Part shown: piece by piece, positions 1-12,633 of the stretch
Layout: each line of letters opens with the position of its first letter
How positions within the stretch are numbered: the first letter of the stretch is position 1
Source of the DNA: Lama guanicoe
Lineage: Eukaryota
Assembly: GCA_013239625.1 (NCBI GenBank)
Contig: MU053376.1
Coordinates: 272,833 to 336,832 of the forward strand
Direction: 5' to 3'
Length of the DNA: 64,000 nucleotides
The notes under the pieces: generated by a model
What the model saw: only the letters and a program-made list of their open reading frames with translations
Told to the model about the DNA's origin: nothing
The model's database searches: none
Made by a program: the position numbers and the translations under genes

Positions 1-2648
1 CAGCTCGGAGAGCGGCAGGAGACTCTCCTCTTGGAGTGATACAGGTTGCCTGTCTGCCAAGTGGAGAGCTGAGGGATCTGAGTTAAAGAGGAGGGTCACA
101 GTCAAATGTAGCCCCCTCATGTCACAGATGAGCAATCTGAGGCCCAGAGAGGGCCTGAACTGCCCAAGACCACGCAGCCCATTGAAGACAAAGGTGGCCC
201 CGGAGTCCAAAAACTGCTTCCATCACGTCACCGTGACAAGGGTGGGGACATCCTTGAAGTCCCAGTCACATTCTTGTTAACCTTCACAGTCGGAAAAAGG
301 CACACTGAATGATTCACATCCTCTGCCCTTTGGGCTTGAACATCTCAGAAGAGATCTTAATCTCCAAGAACTTGGCTATGCTCCTTGACTCTGAGTCCCA
401 AACTACCCAAAGTCAGGACAAAATGCTCATTAAAGCCCCCTTGGGGAAAGCCATCATTGCTGGTGACCAGAGATGGGCCAAGAGCACCACTGTCTTGCCA
501 CCATCATTCACCTGCCCCGAAGCTACGTGGAGCCATCAAGGAACTGCGGAGCGGTGGCCTGTGCACGAGCTCCTTAGGTGGCAGGGATCTTTAACCTGCA
601 CTTCTTGGGTCCTTTTTCATTTTGTCTTTTCCCCTCTGCTGAGATCTGTGGTGTCTGCTGCTGATCACAAGTTCAGGCCTTTCCAGAGCACCGTTCTGAG
701 GGGCCATGCTGCTCTACTGACCCACCACCACCCAGAACCTTCTACAGAGACAATTTCCTGCACCCAGGCTCGGTCTTCCTGCTCAGAGCTGAATGCTCCG
801 TTTTCTTTAGCATTTGGTCCTACTTCTCTCTCTGCCCCAGGAAAGCTTGAGATGAGAACTTGCTACCCACTTCCCAGACTTAACATCCTCAGTCGGACCT
901 CCACTGCTTTCCCAGGATAGGAGAGCTCTTGTTTCAGAATATAAAAATGGGGGAGAAAAATCAGAAAAGTCTCTCTTATGAAGAAGTCCTGTGCTTTCAG
1001 AAAAAAGTGGGTCCTAGAACAAATCTCTAAAAGAGCATCTAGCTCCAATTTCCAGGGTGATTTCAAACTGATCTTCTCCTAAACGCTTTCTCGCCGACAA
1101 GTCTGCACACATGTGCACACCCAACCACGTGTCCCCGTCTGGCAGCTGGGGCTGCCTGGGGATTCCCACATATTTGCTGCTATTCTAGGCCTCCAGAAGG
1201 TAGAAGAATCAGACACTCTGATGCCTCCAGGAGCCTCCAGATTTAGAAAAGTTCCAGCTGATATTCTTGAGTGCCCAAGAAGATCCACCATTTCAAAAAG
1301 TGATAGCAAGATTTTTTTTAAATACCCTTGACCATCTAGTTAAAAAGGTGTTTCCAAATGATTAACACTGGACACCAAGGCCTCAAGTTGTAAAATATAC
1401 CTCATGCTGCTCCCATCATCCAATCTAGAAATCCTCTTTTCCTAAAGCATCAGAGATGACTTCCATCATTTCCAAGAGATGACTGTAGGAATAGGACCCA
1501 GCAAGGCCTGATCCCAGAGCCCCTCAGAGAAGGGAGGGTCTTGGACTCTCTGACAAAGGGAAAGAGGAAGTTAGAACATATGCCTCTCCCAGAGACCTTG
1601 TCCTGGAGGTAGGAACCTCCCACAATATTAAAAGGAGGAAACCAAGACTTCAAGGGAGTTTCTCATGGTCCAAGGACCCACAGGGAACGAACAGTGGTGA
1701 TAAGATCAGAATCCAAGTTTTGGGAAACTTGCCCCAAAGAGCCCTTATCAGGGAGACAGGTTCTCATTTGTTTGAAGAAGATCTTGCCCAGAGGCAAGAT
1801 TCTTTGATTTCATGGACCGGTTAAATTTCAAAAAATGAAATTTAAGGAACCACTATAAGATTGCCAACTTTTTATTTTGCCAAATAAGGAATTTTTTAAA
1901 GCCCAACTACCATCTACTCTCACCATCAGCTCAGGAAAAGAATAAGCAAGCCATAACCTCAGAATAAATATTTGAGTACATCTCCTGCCCCCAAAAGAAA
2001 TCCTTTAAACTGAATATATTTTGCTTTCCGGAAAAAAATTCAGTGTGCTTCCCCTGTTTTTCTTATTTCACCTCAGACTAATGAAAGCTCTGTCACAGAC
2101 AAAAATTTGATAATCACCGGGACAGATGACCTCTCTGTGTCCCTTTCAGCTTAAGCATAAAAGTGAAGAGAACAATCCTAAGCTTTGGCAATTTGGACTT
2201 TCCCGGGAAACCTAAGCTGGACGAACGTGGATGGAGGAGGAAATCAACAAGCATACTGTACTTTGCCCAAGTGAACGCGCTCTGTCAACTACGAAGAACT
2301 AAAAAATGTTGACTATTTTGTAAATCCAGCGTTCAGTGAGCGTCTACCTCCGTGTGGAGCCTCCTAGTTTTCCATGAGCCCCTGAATTTTATGCTCCCCT
2401 TGCCTGTTCAGATTATCTAGGGAGAAGAGGGAGGAAGACAACCTGCCCCAAGTCAAGAGATAAAGGCGGCCTCTGGTGAGTGGCAGAGAGCAGAGCACCA
2501 GATCAGAAAAGTAAAGTACACGTGAACTCACTGATGCCATTTCAGTTGCACAAGTGGGATCCCGGAGAGGACTGACTCCATTCCAGGGAGCAGTTTTCCA
2601 CGCTGCCTTCCATAGATTATTGCTTCTTGCTCGTGACCCTGATGGAGA

Positions 2649-3291
2649 TGAGACAGGAGGGAAGGGGGCAGGGCACAGCCATTCAAGGAGCAACAGCAAT
2701 TAACACCAAAATGGTGGAAGATTCAACTCCCAGTAGGATTTAAGGATTAAGATGGCAGGAGGTTTGACTTCTAGTAGACCTTGAGCTTCATTATATGCTC
2801 ATTGTCACAGCGTGATAAATAACATGCCCACAGGCTCCACGACAGTCCCAAGGCTGACCACAAAAGGTCAAAGAGTGGGGTGGTGGCCCAATTTCTGGGA
2901 ATCCCAGCCCCCTCCCCAGGGTAGTTGGAATAGTCCTCCCGCTTGTAGGCGTGGGAAGCTACCGAGCCCATAAAAACTGGCAACACCACGCCTCATGGCC
3001 TCCTCTTCGGAGATGGCCCGCACTCTGTCTGTGGAGTGTGTACCTGCTTTTACTTTAACCTGAGCACCCACCCCCCACACCTTGTGGCCTTTCTCTTGCC
3101 TTGTGAAACAGCCTGCACTCTATGGAGTATGTATCTCTCAAAATAAATCTACCTTTACTCAACTGTGGCTCGCTGTTGAATTCTTTCCTGCGTGAAGCCA
3201 AGGACCCATACTGGCGGGGCACATCCCAAGGGCTCCACCGAGACCTGGGACATGGCCCTCCTCACGCCCCACAACTGTTTTTCCTGCATCA
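2649..3291 (+). mobile_element. Solo LTR of ERV1 class, MER41-like
   Basis: TG...CA ends. 4-bp TSD GAGA (2645-2648 / 3292-3295). TATA-like cataaaaa near 2969, AATAAA at 3142-3147, MER41-like 3' motif tgaattctttcctgcgtgaagccaagga. Confidence 0.85.
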
Positions 3292-4216
3292 GAGACAGTA
3301 CAAGAGAGAAGAGGTAGAGGAAAGTCGACGCAGCTCTGTGGTGTACGGGGAAAACAGATAAAAAAAAAGTGCTGGATTAGGAGCCAACTCTTGATCCTAA
3401 TCCTTGTCCTGCTGACTGACCATGCATCCTTCAGCATCTTTCAGCTCCAGTTTCCTCATCTCTACTGTAGGAACGATATTCCCTCTGTCTTCCTTATAGG
3501 ACCGCAGTTAGACTGTGCAATCCTTGAGGGCAGAACCAGGTCTTTTCCGCGTCTGTCTACCCCTCTCTAGCCCAGTACCTAGGGGATGACAGGAGTAGGT
3601 AAACGTCTACTGAACTGAGCCAGAATGAGTGTCTCTGAAAGCACACTCCAAGCTGGAAAGTACCACACGACTGAATAAGAGGAAGGGTTATTATTATCTG
3701 TTGGCCACAATGATGCATCACTCCAAGTACCAAACACACGAAGACACTGGAATTCTACTTGGAAGTAGCTGGTGACGTAAGTAAAAAAAATAACTTTTTA
3801 AAATGCCCATAGTTTCAAAAATAACCAGACTATATAAACTATTAATTATATTGCCTACTAAACAGCCGCAGTGTGATTGCCTCCCAGACTCAACCCTGCC
3901 ATCTAATTTCCTGGGCTGAAGACACGGTTTTACTGTACCTGGCCCAGCCCACGTCACCGCCCATCCCTCTATCTCATTATATTCAGAAATCAGAAAGCAA
4001 ACCCTGCTTCTCTCATTGACTTTGGGTTACATCTATGTTGAGAGCCGAGGTCCCTGGCGGGCGGCGGCCTTGGAATGTACCACAGCCTAAGACTCGCTGG
4101 TTCCCTCTCCTTGGTCCTTTCCGTCCACGCCACGCTCTGCCTCCAGCTGACCCCATCTCCTTTTCCAATGCTCATCTCACTACCCCCAGTCTGCTTTTCA
4201 AAAGCCATCTGTAGCA

Positions 4217-4384
4217 GGGAGGGTATAGATCAGTGGTAGACAGCCTGCTTAGCATACACGAGGTCCTGGGTTCAATCCCCAGGACCTTCATTAAAAATAA
4301 TTTTTAAATAAATGAATCAATAAACCTAATTGCCCCCCCCAAAAAAAAACCAAAACAAACAAAAAAAACAAATAGACAGCAACA
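4217..4384 (+). mobile_element. Vic-1-type tRNA-derived SINE
   Basis: A-box-like gatcagtggtaga, B-box ggttcaatccc, taaacctaatt/C-run/A-rich tail, degenerate TSD starting aaaagcca. Confidence 0.9.
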
Positions 4385-6983
4385 AAAAGCCACTTCCAGC
4401 CTCTCGCCAGTCACATTTGGCCTGGCCCACCCACCATTCCCGCCGGACCTTGCCCCAGAGCAAGCGCTGCTCACTGGGCATGACTGAACAAACAGGTCTT
4501 GGCAGCCAGGACAGGCTGCCCGCCCACCAGCCCCTGTACCAGGTAGGTCTCTGATCTTTGCTCCTGGCCACTGAGAAACACCACGCAAACCCTGGGAAGA
4601 CAGAGCTGCATTTAGCCAGCCTGACTCACCAATCACCTCCCCTTCCGAATTTGTGCTTTCAGGAAGAGTGCCAAGCCCCCACCCCAGGCATTGGCCTCCG
4701 TCCTGCCCAGTTCTGAGGCTGTGAGAGGAAAGTGCTCCTGCCACTTGTCTCTCAGCTTTGATCTCATTCAGTTGGTTCAAGTCAATTCCACGTGGAGACC
4801 GTGCTGAAATCCACGCTGGTTGCAGCTTCCCGCCACGCAGACTTACAGTGGGCCTTATCAGGAGTGTTTCCAAGTGCCTGCAAAGGCCAGGGCTGGCTCT
4901 AGGGACGTTGGTCCTCTGGACACATATCTCCATGTCCTTAAGTTCCCTCTGCAGCCCCCTACCTCCAAGAGAGGAAATATTCACATTCGAGAAGTCAGAA
5001 ATCTTCTCTGACTTTTTGATGAGACACCCTCAAGGAAGATGGACATTAATGGGACATTCTTATTTGTTAGGAGAGAAAGAGAGGATAAATAAAGAGAAAG
5101 TAAAAGGAGATTTGCTTTCCAAATACAATAGAAGTGCCCTCAGCACATGGACGTACACACACTCTCTCCCTCCCTCCCCCTCTCCCTCTCACCTCTCTCC
5201 TCTCTCTCCCTCCTCCCTCTCACAGTGAATTACTCCTCTTTGTCCAACATGTGCATCCTCCCCCCACCCCATCTTCTCCACTAAAACTTTTGGGTAGCCG
5301 CAGCCCTTCCTACCACAGGTCCCCAGGACCCCAGATATTACCTTCCATGCTGAAAGTCAGGACCCAGCTGGAAGACGCAGACTGCTGATGAGGAAGAAAT
5401 TCTAACAATACTCCAGATCCGAGACAGTTACCAAGGGTGGCTGATGCAGATCCCATGAGAAGGAAGAAGACAGGCTGAGGGCCCAGGAACCCAGAATTTC
5501 CCCAGCCTTCCAGGAAGGCTCTGGTGTCAGCTCTCTCCCGGCTCCAGCCTTGACTGAAAACCAGGGGAAATTCTCCCGATAAAACGGAGCCTGAAATCTG
5601 AGACTGCAGGTTGGCTGAGCCCTATATAAATACACTCACACCCCCAGCTCCTCGGGCCTGATGGCTCACCCGCCCGCGCGTTCCCCTCCCTCCCCACCCA
5701 GGCTGCAACTTGGTAACATCAGACAGCCCTCTAGCTGCAGCTCCTCCAGAAATATCCAGCAGAGAGAAGAGCGGGGCCGGAGCTGAGCAGGCTCAGGGAG
5801 ACCTGTCAGGCGCTGTCCACCGTCTCTTCCAGCCCCAGCCACCCCCAGCAGTTCAAGTCCGGGTGCTTAAGCGGCGCTCAGGGTCATGGCAGTGAGGGTG
5901 ATGGGTAAATTTCCAGTTTAGGAGCAAAGATTTCTAGACTCTTCCTCCCTGTCAAGGAATAATATTCTCCTAAGGATCAGCTTCCAGATAACTGGTCTGG
6001 CTGAGCAATATACTAATTGCTAAACTCACCTTCCTCTCCTCTCCCAAGTTCCTGCATCTGGCTCTTACAGAGCCACGCCTTTCCTTATGTTTCACCTGTA
6101 ATAGGATCAGGCCAGGTGAGAGCAGGAAGGGAAATCTGGTGACAACTGCCTCATTTTGCAGATGAAATGGCTTGTCAAAGCTAGGCAGTGACTCCCGGCC
6201 AGATTTGGCATCTTGGGTAGTGGAGCAGAGAGAAGGCTTTAAAAGTCAGATGAAATCATACTTTAATACAACTGGAAGTTACTTGAACCACTGACTGTGA
6301 GGAAAATCACTTAACCTCTCTAAGCCTCAGTTTCCTCACTTGTAAAATGAGGCAAAATATCCTCCCTGAGAGAGTAACTGTTACTTGAGTTAACAGGTAT
6401 AAAGCAGCTGGCACACAGTAGGCACGCCGTTAAGACCCACTGGGCACTCCTCAGTCCACGACTGCACGCTAGCTTTTATTAGCTTACTTCTAACTCAAGG
6501 TTAACTCTAAATGGCCTTTAATGCCTACTGTTCCTCCAGGTGTTGGTTTAATGTTTCTAGTTCATTGTCTTTATGTCAATCCAACTATGAGCATTCAGAG
6601 TTTACTTTGAACAGTGCTCAGAATGCAAGGCTTCACTTCTGTAAAAGGAAATCTTTGATCTACAGGCCAAGGTCATAGATTCGCATGGAAGACCCCCCTG
6701 AAGATGTCTCTCACGTCTCTACTTCCAGGCTCCAAACTTCAGTCCCACTAACCCAACCGCCCATTGAGCATTTCCCCAAGGGTAACTGTTCTTTGCCTTA
6801 AACTCACATATCTAACATCAAATTAAGATTCACCACCCACTGACTATATTATAGTATTGATATGGAACCGTCTCTAAGATATAGTAAATGAAGATACAGA
6901 GGGACAGAGGGAGTAACTTAGCATGCTGCCATTTGGGTTAAGAAATGATTTTTAACTATCTGTATGATTATATTTGCCTAGAG

Positions 6984-7650
6984 CAGAGGTCAGCAATTTT
7001 TTACGTCGAGAATTAGAGAGTGAGACTCTTACAGACATAGAACACGAACTTGTGGTGGCCAGGGGGAGAGGGGTGGGAAGGGACAGACTGGGAGTTCAAG
7101 ATTTGTAGATACTGACAGGTACATACAGAATAGATAAACAAGTTTAACTGTGTAGCACGGGGAAATATAGTCAAGATCTTGTATTAGCTCATGGTGAAAA
7201 AGAATATGAAAATGAATGTATGTATATTCAGGTACGACTGAAAAAATGTGCTCTACATCAGAAATTGACACAACATTGTAAACTGACTATAACTCAATAA
7301 AATAAAATAAAATAAGGCCCAAAGAGGGGGGAAAAAGGGGAGTAAATCTTTTCAGCTCCATGTGTCACATAATCTCTGTTGCAAATTCTCAGTTCTGCCT
7401 CTGTAGTATAAAAGCAGGCACGGACAACACATGAACAAACTTGCATAAATGAATGAGCAGGGCTGTATTTCAAGAAAACTATACTTGTGGCCACGAAAAC
7501 TGAGATTTCATAAAACTTTCATGTATCACAAACCACTATTCTTCCTTTTGGTTTTTTTTCCAACCATTTAAAATATAAACAGCATTGTTGGCTGGCAGTC
7601 ATACAAAATTAGGTGGGGGGACCAGATTTGGCCCTCGGGTCACAGCTTTG
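6984..7650 (+). mobile_element. MER58B-like hAT-Charlie DNA transposon, split by an L1
   Basis: Start cagaggtcagcaa; internal ctcagttctgcctctgtagtataaaagcag and aaaactatacttgtggccac; end ccagatttggccc. Confidence 0.7.
7024..7314 (+). mobile_element. 5'-truncated camelid-type L1 3' UTR
   Basis: acagacatagaacacgaacttgtggtggccagggg...acaacattgtaaactgactataactcaataaaa with an (AATAA)n tail. Confidence 0.88.
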
Positions 7651-7821
7651 AATGGCTTAGAGAATTTCAGGACACACTAGATACTGGTAACAGTGATCAC
7701 CTCCAAGGAGGGAGCTGGGCTAAATCTGAGAGGGGGCAAGAGAGAAACATTTCACTGAATGGTGCAATATTCTGTACCACTTGAATATTGTAACCTATGC
7801 ATATTAAAAACAGTCAACTAT

Positions 7822-7909
7822 GGGGGAGGGAGGGTAGAACTCAGTGGCAGAGTGGATGCCTAGCATGCACGAGGTCCTGGGTTCAATCCCCTGGACCTCC
7901 ACTGAAAAA
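7822..7909 (+). mobile_element. Vic-1-type SINE
   Basis: SINE body plus A tail. TSD aaaaacagtcaacta (7806-7820) / aaaaacagtcaatta (7910-7924). Confidence 0.9.
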
Positions 7910-8093
7910 AAAAACAGTCAATTACTAATGGGTTCCCCATCCATGTTCTCTTACTTCTGTCAATGTCAACATTAACTGTCCCAGTCAAACAGGTTTATTA
8001 CTACAAGCTTTGACTCTCTCCCACCCCAGTAATCAGTGTCCAAAATCCACTGGCCCAGTTCGCCAAGCGCCTCAGCTGACTACTAGTTATTTA

Positions 8094-8530
8094 TTTATTT
8101 ATTCATTGATTTATTTTTGATTAATAGACTTTCTTTCTTAGAGCAGTTTCAGGTTCACCGCAGAATTGAGCAAAAAATATATCAGAGTTCGCACATAGCC
8201 CTCCCCATCGACATGTATATGCTTCCCCACCCTCAGCATCCCTCGTCAGTGTGGCGTATTTGGTACAATCGATGAACCAGCATGGGCACATTATTATCAA
8301 CCAAAGTCCGTAGTTTACACTAGGGCTCACTCTTGATGTTGGACATTCTGTGAGCTTTGACAAATGCATAATGACATGTAGCCACTACTATGGTATCATA
8401 CAGAATAATTTCATTGCCCTAAAAGTCCTTCGTGCTCCATCTATTCATCTCTCCCTCCCTCCTTCTCCCCAAACCCCTAGAAACCATGACCTTTTTATTG
8501 TTTCTGCAGCTGTGCCTTTTCCAGAATATC
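8094..8530 (-). mobile_element. L1MC1-like 3' end
   Basis: ttaatagact..ttagagcagtttcaggttcac..gatgaacc..cacattattatcaaccaaagtcc motifs. TSD gactactagttattta (8078-8093) / gactgctagtaattta (8531-8546). Confidence 0.8.
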
Positions 8531-9333
8531 GACTGCTAGTAATTTATCACTCTTCCACGCACTCCTGCTGTCATTTCAGACAGCCCTGTAACCTTAACTG
8601 GCTTTTTAGTTGTGTAAAACTTATTTCCAAGAGAAAGGCTGAAGCTTTTCAAGGACTAGGACTGTTCATTACAATCCCATGCCTCTCCCCGTAGCTCCTA
8701 CAGCAGCACCTCGCACCTAGTAGGAAGGAACCAGAAATGGTTGCCTGATTGTCCATCTCCCATCCCGCAAGAGTTGGTTTGGAACACACGGAAAAGACCC
8801 ACCCAGAACAGAAGCTGGTTCTCAGACGTGCAGCAGGGCAAGCATGCACACAAGCGCAAAGCCTTTGATGGTAAAAACAACATTTAGGGAGGGGAAAGAT
8901 GTTAGAGTCAAGGCTTGGTGCTTTGTGCTTTGGAGAAGGCAGCCAGGGAGCCCCAGGGGAATTTTGCCCCAATTGCAATCTCTCCTGCTTTCGCCTAGTA
9001 GGCTAGTGAAACCATGCTCAGCTGGGGAATTTCGGTGATCTAAGAATCAGAGCCTCCCACGAAGAGGAGCTATCTCAGCACTAAGCTGTCTGCCCTCCCC
9101 TCACCCCCCAACTCGCCAGCCCCCCACCCCCACCTCCCCAGTGCAGGAAAAGCTCTCTCCGCACCTGGGGAAGACACAGAGGCCACCTGGACTCCTGCAG
9201 GGATGAGGTGCTCACTACCTTTGAAGGTGGCCTCTTCTACTGACAAATGCTATCAGCATGCTTTCTGCTTCCACCCACTAAACAGTTCTGAACTAAATAG
9301 TTAAAGACTTCCTGAGTAGGTTAAAAAAAAAAA

Positions 9334-9444
9334 GGTATAGATCAGTGGTAGAGTGCCATGCATCAAGGTCCTGGGTTCAATCCCCAGTACCTCCACTAAA
9401 AAATAAACCTAATTACCCGCCCCCAGAAATAATTTTTAAAAAAA
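9334..9444 (+). mobile_element. Vic-1-type SINE with a small internal deletion
   Basis: ggtatagatcagtggtagag..aggtcctgggttcaatccccagtacctcc..taaacctaattacc. Confidence 0.88.
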
Positions 9445-10117
9445 GAAGGCAAATAGAAAACTACTGATAACTGCCAAATATAACAGGGTTTTCAAATATT
9501 TCTTCCTTCCAACATGTTCAAAGGGTTTTGAATGACACAAAATCATTGACTCTTTGGAACTGTGGAACTGGAAATACCTTTGCTCAAAAATGTTTATTGA
9601 ATGAAATTGAATATTGTTCCTGCTTCCCAATGCAAAAGCATACAGATTATGCTATAAAAGGGATTCTTTTATTTCTTTATGAAAGAAAACGACACAATCA
9701 CCCATGGTTATGTGGGTCCTAAAATCCCATTTTAGGCCACAAGGGTCTCATGGTTAGAGGAATCAGCTAACTTGCCCCAAGACACACAGCTAGTAAGTGG
9801 TAAAGTCAAAATTCAAAGCTAGGTCTGCTTGGCTTCAAAATTCAGTCTTTTCTCTACAGTCCAGGGTTTCCATGACAGTAGGTGCTCTTTGCCAACCTCC
9901 CTCTGTGTCTGAAGTGGGTAAAGATTTCCATCATCACTAGCAGAAGCATACAGCAGTCCTGCAGCCTCTCGTCCATTCCATCCTCCTGAAGGCCCTCCCG
10001 GGGTGGAGGAAACGAGACCAAAGACAACCCAAAGCCAGGATGCCAGTGTCCCAGAGACACCCAGGGGCAGAGTGGCATCTCCCTGGCTCACACACGGTGC
10101 ACAGCCACCGTGTAGGC

Positions 10118-10277
10118 ACTCCTGTGAGGCAAACTGGACTTTGATTACAGCGAGAAAGATTTGAGTTAGACACCAAGAAGCACTTGGGATGAGTGAAAAG
10201 AGGAAGTTTAGAACTCTGTCTTTGTGCTTTAAGTATACAGCCGATTTCCCCTCTGTTGGGTATGGTTTAGTGCCTGT
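10118..10277 (+). repeat. Copy 1 of a local ~155-bp direct duplication
   Basis: Aligns by eye to 12481-12633 with about 21 substitutions and two gaps. Confidence 0.9.
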
Positions 10278-12480
10278 AGGCTGGCTTCCCTACAGCCAGC
10301 CTTCGCAGGGACCTGCCTCAGGACTCCCAACGGGGCTGTGGCATTTGGGAGCCCATGAAGCATGGCATTGTTTGGGCAGCACAAACACAACATTTACCTG
10401 GATCCTGGCACCTTTCCTCTGCAGCCTGGCTTTTCGTCAATATTTGGCTGACTCATCCAGAAGAGGGCTGGGGCCTCTTTGTCCTACATCCCAACAACCA
10501 CAGTTCTAGGGAGATGAGCTGGAGAGGACTGGGGACATTCAAGAAAGATCACAAACACTTAGGTCCAGCCAGTCCCCCGATCATCAGCAGAAAAGCCCCA
10601 GCATCAGCTTGCCTCCAGCACACCCTCTGAGCAGCTCTGAAACATTTGCAGCGAGGCTCTTAGCCCATAATCGAAACTCAGCTCCAACCCCAGAATGGTT
10701 CTGATTGTCCGGCTAGAGTTCACAAGGCTCAGTGATGCCCTTCTCCACGCAGTCATCTGAGCTCCCCACCTGGCTCTCCTTCCAGCCTGAGGATGCCTGG
10801 AAAAAACACCTGGTGGCTCTCCAGCTCAGAGTACCTACCTCCAAAAACACACACATGCCTGGGCTCATCTGGCCTCAGTGACTACCTGAGGACACAGGAG
10901 AAGACCCTCCCCGTTTCTCAGGAGGGCGAACCAAAGCCAGGAAGGAGTCTGGAGTCCACACAGGATGTTAATATTGGAGACGGAAACAGGCCCTGAGTCC
11001 TCTTCTCGGTCCCTGAAGAGAAAACACCCACTCTCTTTGATAGTTTCTAGTCTGTCCTGGCCCAAGGAACTGCCAGGATGCTCTACCTCCTTGGCCCCCA
11101 TCCTCAGCTGGCTGTCCTCGAGACCGTCACCTGGCCTCTGAAGCCACCCACCCTTTTATCTGTCATCTCCCTGGGAGATACGGCCATTAGCAGAGAGCAC
11201 TATGTAGGTGTCTAATTAAGCAATCAGCAGCAAGCGCGGAAACCTGTTTAAGCGTCCACCCGGGGATCCTCTTACAGGCAGCTCCCTCCCCCGAGCTTCC
11301 TGGAAGGGCCCTATTGTTTGCCCAGAACACAGAAAAGTGTCCGATTTTGCCCTCCTCCTTATCTGCTGGCACTGACTGCCTGGCCTTGGCACACCCCCGG
11401 CAGGTGTCATTCACATGAAGCACAGTGTGAGTGGTGCCCCCAGAATTGTGGGACACGACGTCCCCAGATGGGAGGGACGGGGTCTTCTGGGAGGATGTCT
11501 GCCTACCTGGCCTCTTTAGGTGTCCCAGAGCCATATTCTGCCATGCTGACATTTTTGGGGTCAGGGCTCAGGAAGCAAAGGGCCCTCAGGCAGTGTGGCG
11601 GGAAGGTGGCTGAGGGGGAGGTGGGCGGCGTGAGTGGCTCAGCGGCACTCCCCCACCTGTGTCTCTGAGTCTGCTCTTGTGCACTGTACGTACACTCACC
11701 TGTTCCTGTTTCACCCTTTAAATGGAACGTTCCACTTGCCCTAGAGCCTGGGGGTGGGAGTGGGGGATACTCTGCTCAAGAAGAGCTTTCTCTTTTAGAG
11801 ATTGGAGTCTCTGGGATGCCATCAGATACTTCTGGACAGGACAGATGGAGGAAGGGGACCAAGGACAAGAGCAGAGGAGGACCCTTGGAGGGACAAGACA
11901 GACTCAAACTCGTGCCCACTCCCCCGAGCCTGGGCTTGGTCTGAGCTGGAGACTAGAAGGGACCGGACACCACTGCCCTCCTGGCTCCTGGAAGATCCTC
12001 CTCTCGGGTGGCACTGGGCACCCCAACAAGCCGGGGTGAAAACAGTGAGAGCCCCCCCCCCACCAGCCTCTTCTCCTGGGCCCCTCTCTGAATCATGCCT
12101 TGTTCTTTTTCTGCGCCCTTATCTCCAGCTCAGAGGCCTTTATCAGCCTCATCTCTTTGGAACAGGAGAGTAGAGAGGCCTGTCTTGATACCAAGCTTTT
12201 CCAAGGGACAGTGTATATGCCAGGACTCGGGGTGGGGAGGGGAAGCAGCACCAAAAGACAAATCCAGGGCTTCTAATCCCATAGGGGTTTTGATGACCCC
12301 CCCAAACCCACACCCTGGAGGTGGGCACCTGTATCAGTGCAAGCCAAGTGCCCGCAGGTGCCCCAGGGCTCTGCCGGCTTGGCCCGGAACGCGGGCGCAC
12401 ACAACTGTTCCACCAAGATACGTGGGTTCTCTCTGACTGAAATGGGAGAATGACTTTTCTTTCTGTCCAGGTGTTTTCCA

Positions 12481-12633
12481 ACTCCCATGAGACAAATCAG
12501 ACTTTGATTACAGCATGAAAGATTTAGGTTAGACACCAAGAAGCACTTGGAATGAGTGATAAAAGGAAGTTTAGGGCTCTGTGCTTTAAAAATACAGCCA
12601 TTTCCCCTCTGTAGGGTACGCTTTAGTGCCTGT
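12481..12633 (+). repeat. Copy 2 of a local ~155-bp direct duplication
   Basis: Shared core gactttgattacagc..gaaagattt..gttagacaccaagaagcacttgg..aggaagtttag..tttcccctctgt..tttagtgcctgt. Confidence 0.9.

Larger units (their letters stand above)
6850..7810 (+). mobile_element. Old L1ME-type 3' fragment, interrupted by MER58B and a younger L1
   Basis: L1ME-like motifs tgatatggaa..ctctaagatata and ctggtaacagtgatcacctc on either side of the inserts. Confidence 0.55.

Noticed and set aside
309..920. 203-aa plus-strand ORF
   Set aside because: No recognisable domain, antisense within an intron, and no splice or codon signal; expected by chance in GC-rich DNA.
4304..4984. 226-aa minus-strand ORF
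   Set aside because: It runs into the antisense SINE tail, which explains the FFVCFGFF stretch; no recognisable homology.
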